Positions 47,430-61,181 of a DNA stretch of 64,000 nucleotides are shown here, one piece after another. Source of the stretch: Phaeosaccion multiseriatum (Eukaryota; Protista; Ochrophyta, other classes). Below the pieces are notes generated by a model that saw only the letters and a program-made list of their open reading frames with translations, made no database searches and was not told where the DNA came from. The translations under genes were made by a program, and so were the position numbers. The DNA is taken from positions 2,480,001 through 2,544,000 of the forward strand of contig OZ218961.1 in assembly GCA_965112735.1 (NCBI GenBank), in the 5' to 3' direction. Position 1 is the stretch's first letter; each line of letters opens with the position of its first letter.

Positions 47430-49141
47430 CGGAGATGGGGAAACACACAAACAGAAGATCGTCGGGGGAAAGAGGGGCGATGGATGAATGAGAGGGAGAA
47501 AGGCTGGATCCAGAATAGCTGGGTGCGAGAGCAGGAGCAGCAGTGGATAGCAGTGGATGGATGAGTGAAACATTTGAGATGAGCTGAGTAGCCCGTCGGC
47601 CTTGTATAAAAAGAATCGACAGGTGCTTTTAGTTCGGACCAGATTGACCCTCGAAATTTGAGCTTCATGGTCAGGTGGCTCTGGCGCAAGGCTACTTTTG
47701 TGCACATAAAGAAAGAAGGGGGTTAAATAAATCCATAACTACTCAAAAACCATTATAAAAACAATAATGTTCGTGCGTGGGAGGGAGCATGCGTGCGTGC
47801 ATGCACACCCTACACCCATACACCTACACACACCAATATGCAGATGCACAGTTACACACAAATACGCAGATGCACAGTTACACAAATACGCAGATGCACA
47901 GTTACACAAATACGCAGATGCACAGTTACACAAATACGCAGATGCACAGTTACACAAATACGCAGATGCACAGTTACACAAATACGCAGATGCACAGTTA
48001 CACAAATACGCAGATGCACAGTTACACAAATACGCAGATGCACAGTTACACAAATACGCAGATGCACAGTTACACAAATACGCAGATGCACAGTTACACA
48101 AATACGCAGATGCACAGTTACACAAATACGCAGATTCACAGTTACACAAATACGCAGATGCACAGCTACACAAATACGCAGATGCACAGTTACACAAATA
48201 CGCAGATGCACAGTTACACACCATTCGGGATTGAGCGTGAGGGTCCTCCCCGAGAGGCCCTTGATGGTCCTCTTGCCGGTCTTCGCGTCCACCTTCACAT
48301 CCGCTTCCTTGACGACAGTGCTCATATCCACGTCTCCGGAGCCTGTACAGTCCACAATGTTCACCACCTGCATATGAGGGGAGGGAGGGAGGGAGGGAGG
48401 GATGGATGGATGGATTGCAGTGGATGAGAAAGCGCTTCGACACTAGGGGTTCAATATATGTTGGTTAGACTTAGAGAACCACGCAGGCCCATCACTATTT
48501 ATCACACCCACACCCACCCACACACCTACAAACATATGCACAACATCCGCCCACCCACCCACACCCGCAGCCACACCCACTCCTACTCTGGGCTCAAAAC
48601 ACTATTATCACACACCTTGGGTCTCCCATCTGGGCACTGCTGTAACCCAATCGCACCAGGATCTACGCCTGTGTCCAAGATTGCAACCTTGATGCCTTTG
48701 GTGGGAGTGGGTGGGGGGAAGGGGAAGGGTGTGTGTAATGAGGAACGATGAGGAGGAGGAGGAGGAGGAGGAGGAGGAGGAGGAGGAGGAGGAGGAGGAG
48801 GAGGAGGAGGAGGAGGAGGAGGAGGAGGAGGAGGAGGAGGAGGAGGAGGAGGAGGAGGAGGAGGAGGAGGAGGAGGAAGAGGAGGAGGAGGAAAACTAAA
48901 TTCATTCCCCACCTGTTCCATCGAAGTCCGGATACTTGCGCAGGAATGCTTCCGCCTGTGAGAAGAGGAGAGAGAGGAGAAGGGAGGAAGAGCAGGGAAA
49001 AGGAGGAGAAATAAAAACCAGGCCATCAATTGCAACCCGCACCTTTCCCCCCAACAAACTGACCTGCGTGACGTCCTTGGGCAATATGCCTCTCGCGTAC
49101 TCCTTCCGCTGCTCATCTACGTGCACGTCCGCACTCGCCAT
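35331..49141 (-). CDS. TPP2: Tripeptidyl-peptidase II (subtilase S8), 26 exons, ~1,651 aa from ATG 49141; there is also an in-frame upstream ATG at 49357. Exons: 49141-49064, 48955-48913, 48695-48616, 48367-48222, 47331-46608, 46424-46275, 45968-45938, 45196-44968, 44343-43910, 43700-43585, 43054-42922, 42763-42657, 42223-42131, 41784-41375, 41108-40960, 40293-40153, 39945-39734, 39468-39358, 39021-38516, 38331-38265, 37929-37774, 37363-37298, 37159-37058, 36853-36311, 36098-36020, 35380-35331
   Basis: Catalytic triad motifs [38 protein letters not shown]-specific segments [82 protein letters not shown], and C-terminal YPLF*. Confidence 0.94.
39211..39357. repeat. Degenerate ~21-bp minisatellite (GTACGTTACGCTTCATTACAT) next to a TPP2 donor
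   Basis: About 5-6 imperfect units ending at the donor at 39357. Confidence 0.8.
43143..43355. repeat. Direct duplication of ~86 bp (period ~126) in a TPP2 intron
   Basis: [24 protein letters not shown]...GGGAAAGGTTGGGAGG at about 43143 and 43269. Confidence 0.85.
45283..45927. repeat. Compound satellite: (CTGA)n interleaved with CACCAGG(TA/CA), in a TPP2 intron
   Basis: More than 20 ACACCAGG cores separated by variable numbers of ctga units. Confidence 0.92.
47841..48221. repeat. 24-bp minisatellite (CAGATGCACAGTTACACAAATACG), about 16 copies, starting at a TPP2 donor
   Basis: Near-perfect tandem array abutting the exon end at 48222. Confidence 0.96.
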
Positions 49142-49357
49142 GACTCTGAGCGATCCGAAGCGCGTCTGCTTCCCGAGGGTGGTGGAGCGATGGGAGCGAC
49201 TGAGCGAGGCTCGGGGAGAGTCGGTGAGGAAGGATCGACTTCCGGAGAAGCAACTGCTAAGGAGAAAGAAGACTGCGCCAGAGGACACAGCCCGCGACGA
49301 AGACAGTAATCCCTTCCTTCGCTCTGCGGTCCTTTGCGTCGCAAACAGCAACGGCAT

Positions 49358-50032
49358 AGACCAAGGACGCACAAACGGATATCACGAACAAACAAACGCA
49401 GCGCTATGATTCATCGGATTCGATGGCAGTCGATGGTGGACGTTTCGGAAAATCGAAAACTGTGTAACGTCTTCTTGTTCTGCTACCCCTGCCAGGCTCT
49501 ACGGTGTCGTTCCACTTGCCGCCATCCTAATCAGGGAGTTGTAGTGAGAGTATTCTAATAGCATCCCACGCGAGAGGAAGGGCAGGAGAGTATGGGAACC
49601 AGAGTCCGTAGTACTGAGTGAGGGAAGGAGAAGGAGAGAGGGGGCAAGCCTTCGACATAGGCGACGTCCTGCATCATCACAACGCACCCAGCGTAGGGAG
49701 TCAGAGAGAGGAAGGTAGGGACAGGGTACACCAGGAGAGGGGGCTGCTACACAAGTATGGGGGGAAGAATAGAAAGCTTGAGGAAGCCAAAAGGAAACAG
49801 AAAAGGAGGGGGGAGGACGCAGCTAGCGCATGGAGTGTATCGTGTAGGGCATCAGAGGGGTGAGAAGGTCATACACACCCGTGCCTCTCAAACACGGCCC
49901 TGTGCGTGAAGTTAGAGTGACTTCGTAGTACGATAACCCCTTGCCTTTCGTTTCGTTGTCCTTCCAATCTGCAGACTGCACTCTGATCAATCACGGTCGA
50001 TAGGGACGTGAGAGCTCAAACAGCTGCCCGCG
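49358..50032. promoter_or_regulatory. Putative bidirectional promoter between TPP2 and the GH128-Tos1-WSC gene
   Basis: Divergent gene starts less than 0.9 kb apart. Inferred from position only. Confidence 0.4.
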
Positions 50033-53000
50033 ATGGTGTCTTTTGCTGGGGCAAGCATGGCCATGGGAGGCAGCTTCCTCCTGCTCCAGCTCATGGCAGG
50101 AGGTGTAAACGCATTCAACTGTGGCACTACCCAATACGCCTCGACCACCATCTGGGGTGAGTGTGTGTGCGCAGAGCACGTAGGAGAGCAGGGATGATAC
50201 TGTCGTCGCACGAGGGGCGGAGCACCAGTCCCAACCCCTGCAAGAGGGAGGATGAACCCGACTGGGGGCGGTGTTTCTATTTCGACTCTCTTGGTGGTGG
50301 TGAAGAAAATCTCATGCCGACACGCGCCTCCCATACCCGCACGTCAAAGCTGACAGAAACATGCACAGCGAGCACACCTCTTACCACCAAAGGCTCTCGC
50401 AACCCCCCTCCTCCTCCTCCTCCTCCTCCTCCTCCTCCTCCTCCTCCTCCTCCTCCTCCTCCTCCTCCTCCTCCTCCTCCTCCTCCTCCTCCTCCTCCTC
50501 CTCCTCCTCCTCCTCCTCCTCCTCCTCCTCCTCCTCCTCCTCCTCCTCCTCCTCCTCCTCCTCCTCCTCCTCCTCCTCCTCCTCCTCCTCCGTCTCCTCC
50601 TCCCCCTCCTCCTCCTCATCCTCCTCCTCCTCCTCCTCATCCTCCTCCTCCTCCTCCTCTAGGCGCGTCGGTCCTTGACCCGGGTCTTCACTCCGGCTTC
50701 CCTGCGCGAGACGACACGGCTGTAATCGCCTACAGCGAGGAGCACTGCACACAAATGTGCTGCGAGCACACCACCTGCTACGGCGCCGTGTTCGACCTGT
50801 GGGAGTCCATCTGCTATCTCAAAGCGGAAACCGGAGTGGGGTCCATTCAAAACAATGTCGCCCGTTACAATACGGCCGTCATTGACTACCGAGTGGGAGG
50901 CCCGGACTCCGACCTGTTCCCAACGGAGCCCGTCCTCGTTCACAACAAAAAGGGTGTGGCTTACACCTTCCCCTCTAGCGGCGACCTCGAGGCCCTGAGG
51001 CCCTCCGCCAATTGGTGGTATGATTGGAGTGGAGCCACCATGCGTGACGACGTGCGGGACGCGACCATCGCCATGGTAAGTCAGTGAACGCGTGCCCCTC
51101 CCTCTCTTGTGTGTGCTTACGTACGTACGGGATGGGATGGGATGGTGTACCGAGGGCAAAGGGCAGTAGCGGAATCAGCAGTCTAGAAAGGCCGGCCAAT
51201 ACGATGCCCCACACACACTCACCCACACGCACGCACACACGCACACACACACACACACACACACACCTACCTATACACACCCACTCATACCCACACGCAC
51301 GCACCCACACCCACACGCACCTACAGAACCTTGAATTCACCCCCATGGTGTGGGGCTCTCAGTCGGCGGCGTCGACCCAACAATGGATCCAAGCCGAGGC
51401 CCTCTCTGCTGCGGGCAACATGGAGTACCTTCTCCTCTACAACGAGCCAAACTTTCATGACCAGGCCTCGCTCACACCGGGGCAGGCAGCGTGGTTGTAT
51501 CAGCAGGCATCTGACATTGCCCAGCAATACGGCTTGAAGGTTAGAACGTAGTGAGCGGGTGGGGGTGAGGGTGAGGGTGACGGTGAGGGTGAGGGTGAGG
51601 GTGAGGGTGAGGTGAGGGTGAGGGTGATTTAGGAGCCACTCCGTCCTTCTGTCTCTACCTATGCTGCGCTCTTGTACTCTCTCCTCATTCCCTCTCTCTC
51701 TCTCTCTCTCACACACACACTCTCAGTCTCACACATACTTACTCACTCACTCTCACCTTCTCGCTCACCCTCTCCTCCTCCCACTCTTTCGCGCTTGCGC
51801 TCTGCTATCTCTCTCTCCTCCCGTGACTCTTGCCCCTCCCCTCTCTCTCTCTCTTGCTTACTCTCTCGCTACCCAACCGCCCCTTTCCCTGGGTCCGAAC
51901 GGTTGTGATGATAACGGATGGATGGCAACAGATGGTGTCTCCTGCCGTCGGCGAATGCCATTGGAACTGCCTTGATGATGACCCTATCCGTTGGCTTGAT
52001 GAGTTCTTTGCCGCGTGTGTGGGCTGCCACATTGACTACATTGCCATGCATGTATACGCTTGCGAGGTGAGAGAGAAGAGAGGGAGGGAGGGAGGGGGGG
52101 AGGGAGGGAGGGAGGGAGGGAGGGAGGGAGGGAGGGAGGGAGGGAGGGAGGGAGGGAGGGAGGGAGGGAGGGAGGGAGGGAGGGAACGGAGGAGAGGAAG
52201 GTGAGGAAGGAAGGAAGGAAGGAAGGAAGGGAGGGAGGAGAGAGGCAGGGCGTGGCCTCCAACTGATCTGCCCCCCCCCCCCTCCCCCTCTCCTTAAGGT
52301 TCAATATGTCAACAAACACATGACCAAATACCTGAAGTACGGTAAGCCCATTTGGGTCACCGAGTTCGCCTGTGGAGATCAGCCCAGCATGATGAATCCT
52401 GAAGGACAGGTATGTGTGTGTATTGGTGCTACAGGGGCGGGCGTAGTATGTCAACGGGTGTGTGTGTGTGTGTGTGGGTGGGTGCATGTGCGTGCTGATT
52501 GTGCTCAACACTTTTGGGCCACCCAATGCCGGGGCCTAATCCACCACTGACTGTTTGTGCCACCCACCCACCCACCCATTCATTGCCTTCATGTGCCCAC
52601 CTACCCATTGACTTATGTTACCCAAGGCCACCTTCATGAAGGAAGCGGTCAAGTACATGGAAATTCACCCCAACATTATGCGTTACGCCTGGTTCAGCGG
52701 TCGTACCAACCTCATCTCCGGCGCCAGTCTGTTGAACTCGGCGACGGGGTCCCTGAGCGACCTCGGTGTGCTGTACAACAGCCTCTATGCGCACTTGCAG
52801 CATGGTACCGAGGGCTACCGTGCCGCTGCCCCACTTGCGGTGGTGGCGAGCCCCAACCTGATCATTAGCAATCCCAACAACGTCCAAGGTAAGGGTAGGA
52901 AAGGGTATGATGTAGACAAGAAGGAAGTAGAAGGAAGAAGGGGGGGGAGCTTCCCCCTCCCCTCCTCCCTCCCACCCTCCATCCATCCCTCCCTCCCTCC

Positions 53001-53704
53001 CTCCCTCCCTCCCTCCCTCCCTCCCTCCCTCCCTCCCTCCCTCCCTCCCTCCCTCCCTCCCTCCCTCCCTCCCTCCCTCCCTCCCTCCTTCCCTCCATCC
53101 GTCCCTCCCTCCATCCGTCCCTCCTTCCCTCCCTCCCTCCCTCCCTCCCTCCCTCCCTCCCTCCCTCCCTCCCTCCCTCCTTCCCTCCTTCCCTCCTTCC
53201 CTCCCTCCCTCCCTCCCTCCCCCCCCTCCCTCCCCTCCCTTCCCCCTCTTCTCCAGTCTCCCCCACTCACTCCCCCACTCCAACCCCCCCTCCCCCTCCT
53301 TACTCATACCTCTCCTCCAACAGAGTCCAACCGAGCCCTTGCCGGCATTCGCAGCGCCTCGGGCCTCGAAGTCGACGCCCACGCGCATATCACCAACTCG
53401 GTTATGATCACAAATGTCGGAGGGACTGGAGCGTACGACAACGTCGTTGCCATCCAGGACGGAGGAAGCTCGCAGTGGTGGGAGTGCGGAAGGTCGTGGG
53501 GTGGATGTTATAAGCAAGAGAAGTGCGTTACCGGCAGCCTCGCACCTTTCAACGAAGAGGTTAGTGTGGCATATATATATACATATATACAACATATATA
53601 TATGTATGTACATATAATATATGTATGGAGTAGGGGAAGGGGGGGGGGGGAGTGGTGTGTGTGGTTTTTGTGTATGTGTGTGTACGTGTGCGTGGTGTGG
53701 TGTG

Positions 53705-53739
<35 letters not shown>

Positions 53740-53771
53740 TGCGTGTGTATACGTGTATTCATATATGTGTG

Positions 53772-53804
<33 letters not shown>

Positions 53805-56800
53805 GTGGTGTGTGTGTGTGTGGTGTATGTATGTGTGTGTGGTGTGTGTGCATGTGTGTGTATGTGTGTGTGGTGTGGTGTATGTATGTGTGTGTGTATG
53901 TATGTATGTATGTATGTATGTATGTATGTATGTATGTATGTATGCATGTGTGTGTGCATGTATGTATGTATGCATGTGTGTGTGCATGTATGTATGTATG
54001 CATGTGTGTGTGCATGTATGTATGTATGTATGTATGTATGTATGTATGCATGTGTGTGTGCATGTATGTATGTATGTATGTATGTATGTATGTATGCATG
54101 TGTGTGTGCATGTATGCATGTATGTATGTATGCATGTATGTGTGTATGTGTTGTGGTGTGTGTATGTATGTATATGAGTGCGGGAGGGTGAGGTGCGTGT
54201 GTGTGTGTGTGCGTGTGTGTGTATATGTATGACATACGTATGACATACGCAACCCCACACAAAAGGCCAAGCCCAATCCTCACCGTGTTTCCGCTTCCCA
54301 ATGCTCTCCTCGCTCACGGCCTCTGTCACAATATATATAATATATATTATATGTATATATAATATATATATCCCTCTGCCACTCGCTCCTACCGCCCTCT
54401 CCCCGTCTCCCTCCCTCTCCCTCTCCCCCTCTCCCCTCTCCCTCCCTCCCTCCTCTCCTTCCCTCGCCCTACTCTTCCCCTCCTACCCAAAGATGGGCAT
54501 CGCGTTCCGAGGCCCAATGAACATCTACAATATCGCTTGGTACGAAGGCAACAGCGGAGAAAACTTCGCCCGGACCTCGAAATGGAGCAGACGTAAGTCA
54601 ATGGGTGTGTGTATGTGCGCGTGCGTGTGTGTGTGTGTGTGTGTGTGCGTGTGCATGTGTGTGTATGTGTATGTGTATGTGTGTGTGTGTGTGTGTGTGT
54701 GGGTGTGTGTATGTGTGTGCTAGTGTGCTTTCACGCACCTTCCTCCACCGTTCCACAGCCTTCTGATCACCCCCCCCCCTGCCCCGCACTCCTCCCCTGT
54801 ATTCCTTTCACTCCCTTCCACTCCCTTCCACTACCTTCCACTGCCTTCCACTGCCTTCCACTGCCTTCCACTGCCTTCCACTGCCTTCCACTGCCTTCCA
54901 CTGCCTTCCACTGCCTTCCACTACCTTCCACTACCTTCCACTACCTTCCACTACCTTCCACTACCTTCCACTACCTTCCACTGCCTTCCACTACCTTCCA
55001 CTACCTTCCACTGCCTTCCACTACCATCTACTACCTTCCACTGCCTTTTCATACTGCGTGCCCTGTGTGTGTGTGTGCGTGTAACAGACGATGGCAGTGA
55101 CAACATGGTATTCATGAACAACATGGGGGGATCCTCTTGCTCCGGAGAGTGGGGCCCTTGCCATGGCAACTCGCAGTCCTTCGCCTCTGCCGATGGAGAG
55201 AGCTGTGCCCCTTCCGACACGGCGTTCTCGGGCAAGCTCAATGGAGATATTTACGTCAACATTATGAGGGATAGCAAGTGTGAGAGTGGGGCCGATTGTG
55301 ATGGTGAGTGAAGGTGGAGGTGGAGGTAGGGGGGAAGCAGGAGGGGAGTGGGGAAGGGGTGGGGAATGACAGAGGGGAGGGAGGGAGGGGTGCGGGGAGG
55401 GACGGAGGGACGAAGGAAGGGAGGGAAGGAAGGATCGAGGGAAGGGAAGAAGGAGGAAAGATGGATGGAAGGAAGGAAGGGAGGAAGGAAGGAAGGAAGG
55501 ATGGAAGGAAGGAAGGAAGGAAGGAAGGATCGAGGGAAGGGAAGAAGGAGGAAAGATGGATGGAAGAAAGGAAGGAAGGAAGGATGGAAGGAAGGAAGGA
55601 AGGAAGGAAGGAAGGAAGGAAGGAAGGAAGGAAGGAAGGAAGGAAGGAAGGAAGGAAGGAAGGAAGGAAGGAAGGAAGGAAGGAAGGAAGGAAGGAAGGA
55701 AGGAAGGAAGGAAGGAAGGAAGGAAGGAAGGAAGGAAGGAAGGAAGGAAGGAAGGAAGGAAGGAAGGAAGGAAGGAAGGAAGGAAGGAAGGAAGGAAGGA
55801 AGGAAGGAAGGAAGGAAGGAAGGAAGGACGGCAGAAAAATTGAAAGGGATGGCTCACTCACTCACTCACTCACTCACTCACTCACTCACTCATTCACTCA
55901 CCCATCAGGTGCCATTCGTGGTGAGGCCCAGCATGGGTGGGGAGGAGGCAACAATGATGGATCGAAGGTTGTGATTATCGAAGTTGACATGCCGAGATGT
56001 GGCACCTACGGCTTTGGCTCGTGCGATGACGACATTCCCGCTATCTGGGCACTCAACGCGAAGGTGCGGAGGGAGGGAGGGAGGGAGGGAGGGAGGGAGG
56101 GAGGGAGGGAGGGAGGGAGGGAGGGAGGGAGGGAGGGAAGGAGGAAGGGGAGGGAGGGAGGGAGGGAGGGAGGGAGGGAGGGAGGGAGGGAAGGAGGGAG
56201 GGGAGAGGTACAAAGGCGCATCACATACACATAGAGAGAGAAGAGACGCATACACCTCACAGATACACGCACATCCAACCAACACGCACACACACCCATA
56301 TACACATGCATGCACTCACACACTGCCCCCCTCCTCCTCCTGCTCTTCCCCCTCCCCCTCCTCCTCCTCCTCCTCCTCCTCCTTCCCCTCCCTCCTCCCC
56401 ACCTCACCCCATAAACTCCCCACAGATCTTCCAAACGGCTCAATTCGGCTGTAACTGCCGCGGAATGGGCGGCAACGGCGGCTGCGGAGAGTTCGACATT
56501 GTGGAAGCCCTGCCGAACATGCCCAAGGATATGCTCATTACCACCGCGTACGACTTTAAGGGAACAGGCAGTCCGGGATACGACACGTACTTTGTTCGGC
56601 CCGTGATTGGAGGGGAAACGGTGCACTTCGCAGCCGTGTTTAGGGGCGGGGACAACCCCTATTTGCAGGTATGTGGGTAGTAAGGGGTGTATGGGTATGT
56701 GGGGGGGGTGGTGGAGGGAGATTCTGAGATGGCTCGTACATGGGATACATTTCACTGAGGTCTGACGAGCGTGAAACTGTTGAAACTGCTGAAAGTGTGT

Positions 56801-58940
56801 AACTTTGTAACTGTATTCTATCCCGCCAGGTGGTGGAGCTGTCTGACTGGGACTACGATTCCGACGTGCTGCCCGCCTACGTACTCGAGGAGCTCGTAGC
56901 AGACAATGACGTCACCGCTGCCATCTACAATGTTGACTACGCCGGGTAAGGGGAGAGGGAAAAGATGGAGGGACGGAGGGAGGGAGGGAGGGAGGGAGGG
57001 AGGGAGGGAGGGAGGGAGGGCACAAGCCACAAACATCACTTACCAACCCTCCCTCCCTCCCACCCCCGCCGACACCCACAGATCTTGCAACAACCCGCAG
57101 AACATGAGTCCAGGCGCCACCCCTACTGCCGCCTCCCCCCCCCCTCCCCCCCCGGCCCCCACGCCCTCTCCCACCCCCCCTCCTCCTACCCTCACCCTCG
57201 CGGCCCAATACAACTTTGTCGGGTGCTTCGCCGATGCCTCTGAATCGCGTGACATGAGCAACCGAAGGCACTACGGCGCTGACGAACTGCAGCCCTACAT
57301 GTGCGCGGAGTACTGCGGCCTGCTCAATATGCTCTACTTTGGCCTCCAGGTATGTATTGGTGATGGATGGGTAGAGGTGTATGGGCAGGCTGTGTGATCT
57401 ACGTGTATGGGACAGGGTGGGGTAGAGGCATATCGGCAGGGTGAGTGCCCAATTCAACTGACCCCTCCCTCCCTCCCCTCCCCTCTCCTAACCCTTCACC
57501 AGAACGGCGACACTTGCTACTGCGATAACGAATACCCGGGCTCACATGGCACCTCCTTCGCTTGCGACACCCCCTGTGGCGGTACGTGTGTTTTCGTAGC
57601 CGATGGCACTCAATGGTTCTCAACGTAAAGAAGGGTCTTTCTAAGCTCCCTGTTGTGGTGGGGAAGGGAGTCAAAGCCCATCCCATCACACTTTGAGTAA
57701 TTCTGAGCAAGTGGTAGAGAAGAAATAGAAAGAGAGGAGAGGCGGGGTGTAGTTCAACTGAACCTGAAACCGAAACTGAATCTGAATCTAAACCTGAAAC
57801 TGAACCTGAAACTAAACACACCAACAGGTAGCACCGAGATTGCCTGCGGAGGAGCAATGTCCAACTCAGTGTACAATGTGCCTGCGGTCCTGAGGCAAGT
57901 CGTGGCAGCCGTTGCACCCACCCCCAGCGAGCCTTCGACACTACCCGAGCCGGAAGCGGCAGGTGAGGGCTGCTACGTACTCAGTTGGGGGGGGGGGGGG
58001 TGTAGAATGGGGTGAGGAGGAGGAGGAGGAGGAGGAGGAGGAGGAGGAGGAGGAGGAGGAGGAGGAGGAGGAGGAGGAGGAGGAGGAGGAGGAGGAGGAG
58101 GAGGAGGAGGAGGAGGAGGAGGAGGAGGAGGAAGGGCTTGGAGACAGCAGAGTAGTATCTCCTACCCTCCCTTCTCCTCCATGTAGGGTATTCACCCCGT
58201 TATCACCCTTCACCACCCCTCACCCCTCACTGGACTCACCCGCGCTCTTCTCTTCGACACCACTATCACCTCCGATCTCCCTTATCCTTCACCCCCCCCC
58301 GCCGTACGCTGCCATCTCTTTAGAGCTGTCCCTTTCCCCGGACTACGCCTACGTCGGATGCATGAAGGACTGGGCCGGCACGGACATGTCCGATGGCCCC
58401 AACGACATGGGCCTCATGACGCCCTCCTCTTGTGCAGACAGCTGCCAGGCCAAGGGATATCAGTTCTTCGGCCTCCGGGTAAGGGGGGGGGGAGGAGTAT
58501 ATATGTCAGTGAATGACTGACTTCCAGTTTCAGTTTGCAGGGTCGGGTTTAGAGTTCCTTCTTTCGAGACGGGGGATACGCGGTGCTCTGACTGTTCCCT
58601 CTTCCTTCCTACCTTCCTCCCTTCCTTCCTTCCTTCCTCCCCTCCCCTCTTCCTTCCTACCTTCCTCCCCTCCCCTCTTCCTTCTTACCTTCCTCCCCTC
58701 CCCTCTTCCTTCCTACCTTCCTCCCCTCCCCTCTTCCTTCTTACCTTCCTCCCCTCCCCTCTTCCTTCCTCCCTTCCTCCCCTCCCCTCTTCCTTCCTAA
58801 TTTCCTCCCCTCCCCCCCTCCCCTCTCCTCCCTCCCCTCCCCGCCTCCTTTCCCTCCCTCCTTCCCTCCCTCCCTCCCTCCTTCCCTCCCTCCCTTTCTC
58901 GTACTCCTGCTGCTGCTCCTACTCCTGCTGTTGCTGCTGC

Positions 58941-58977
<37 letters not shown>

Positions 58978-58983
58978 TGCTGC

Positions 58984-59015
<32 letters not shown>

Positions 59016-59795
59016 TTGCTGCTGTTGCCGCTGTTGCTGCTGTTGCTGCTGCTCTGCTGTTGCTGCTGCTACTGCTGCTGCTTGCTGCTGCCGCAATACT
59101 GCATGTGCCCCATTCAACAGAATGGAAACTTTTGCATGTGTGGCAACGAGTTCGGCGGAAACTACAAAGATGACGAAAAGTGAGTGAGCGAGGGAGGGGG
59201 GGAGAAAGGGAGAGATAGAGGGAGGGAGTCAGTGAGTGAGTGAGTGAGTGAGTGAGTGAGTGATTCTTACGCCGTCCTCCCATCCCCTTGTACTGCTATA
59301 GCGCCCTTATGTACGCATTCATCACAGTCTTGGCGTAACGCTATTGTCCTCATGTGCAAGAATGTCTTCCTTCCTTCCTTCCTTCCTTCCTTCCTTCCGT
59401 CCCCCCGTCCCTCCCGCCCTCCCTCCCTCCCTCCCTCCCTCCCTTCCTCCCTTCCTTCCTCCCTTCCTTCCATCCATCCGTCCGTCCTTCCTTACTTACT
59501 TCCTTCCTCCCATACATGCATGCCTACATACGTGCGTGCCTTCTTTGCGTACAGGTGCGACGTACCCTGCAGTGGCGCAAACACCATCGCGTGTGGCTCC
59601 GACGACAAGAACTCTGTCTACAAGCTGCCGACCCCCGACCTTCAGCCCCGCTACATCGGGTGCTTCACGGACGTGCCCAGCAGAGTCATGGACATCGCTC
59701 CGACACACATGTCGCACAACTCCGTGAGCGCATGTGCAGAGCACTGCAGTCGACAGGACGGGGCGGTCACTTTCGGTTTGCAGGTGCGTGTGTGC

Positions 59796-59829
<34 letters not shown>

Positions 59830-61083
59830 GTGCGTGTTTCGATGTGTTGTGTGTGTGAGAGAGAGTGCGTATTTCGATGTGTTCTAGATGTGGGCATCTC
59901 TGTGTGTTTGTCTCTCTCTCTCTCTATGTGTGTGTGTGCAGTATTCCAGACAGGTTGGAGTTGCTTCTTGCGTCAACCATACGTCCTGACACCCACCCTC
60001 GGTCCTGACACCCACCCTCTGTCCTGACACACACCCTCTGTCCTGACACCCACCCTCTGTCCTGACACCCACCCTCTGTCCTGACACCCACCCTCGGTCC
60101 TGACACCCAGTACGGCGTGGAGTGCTTCTGCGGCAACCACAAATCCTTTAGGGATGTAGGCCCGTCTCTTCAGTGCAACATGGAGTGTCCAGGGGCAAGC
60201 TCTGAGACCTGCGGAGGACCTTTGGCCTTGTCTGTGTACGGGTGAGTGAGTTGGTGATACAGACAGAGGGAGGGAGGGAGGGAGGGAGGGAGGGAGGGAG
60301 AGCGAGAGGGAGGGGGGGAGGGAGGGATGGAGGGAGGGAGGGAGGGATGGAGGGAGGGAGGGAGGGAGGGAGGGAGGGAGGGAGGGAGGGAGGGAGGGAG
60401 GGAGGGAGGGAGGGAGGGAGGGAGGGAGGGAGGGAGGGAGGGAGGGAGGGAGGGAGGGAGGGAGGGAGGGAGGGAGGGAGGGAGGGAGGGAGGGAGGGAG
60501 GGAGGGAGGGAGGGAGGGAGGGAGGGAGGGAGGGAGGGAGGGAGGGAGGGAGGGAGGGAGGGAGGGAGGGAGGGAGGGAGGGAGGGAGGGAGGGAGGGAG
60601 GGAGGGAGGGAGGGAGGGAGGGAGGGAGGGAGGGAGGGAGGGAGGGAGGGAGGGAGGGAGGGAGGGAGGGAGGGAGGGAGGGAGGGAGGGAGGGAGGGAG
60701 GGAGGGAGGGAGGGAGGGAGGGAGGGAGGGAGGGAGGGAGGGAGGGAGGGAGGGAGGGAGGGAGGGAGGGAGGGAGGGAGGGAGGGAGGGAGGGAGGGAG
60801 GGAGGGAGGGAGGGAGGGAGGGAGGGAGGGAGGGAGGGAGGGAGGGAGGGAGGGAGGGAGGGAGGGAGGGAGGGAGGGAGGGAGGGAGGGAGGGAGGGAG
60901 GGAGGGAGGGAGGGAGGGAGGGAGGGAGGGAGGGAGGGAGGGAGGGAGGGAGGGAGGGCGGGAGGGAGGGAGAGAGGGAGGGAGGGGGGGACTTCTTTCT
61001 TCTCCTATCTTTCTTGTGCCACATGGAGACCCTCCTACACACACGCGCGCACACACACAACCACATACACACCCACCCACCCG

Positions 61084-61119
<36 letters not shown>

Positions 61120-61150
61120 ACACACTCATACACACACGTACATACATATG

Positions 61151-61181
<31 letters not shown>

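Noticed and set aside
45283-48221. Regular arrays (24-mer, compound ACACCAGG array) as CRISPR-like loci
   Set aside because: There are no unique spacers and no cas genes, the context is a eukaryotic intron, and the units are head-to-tail.
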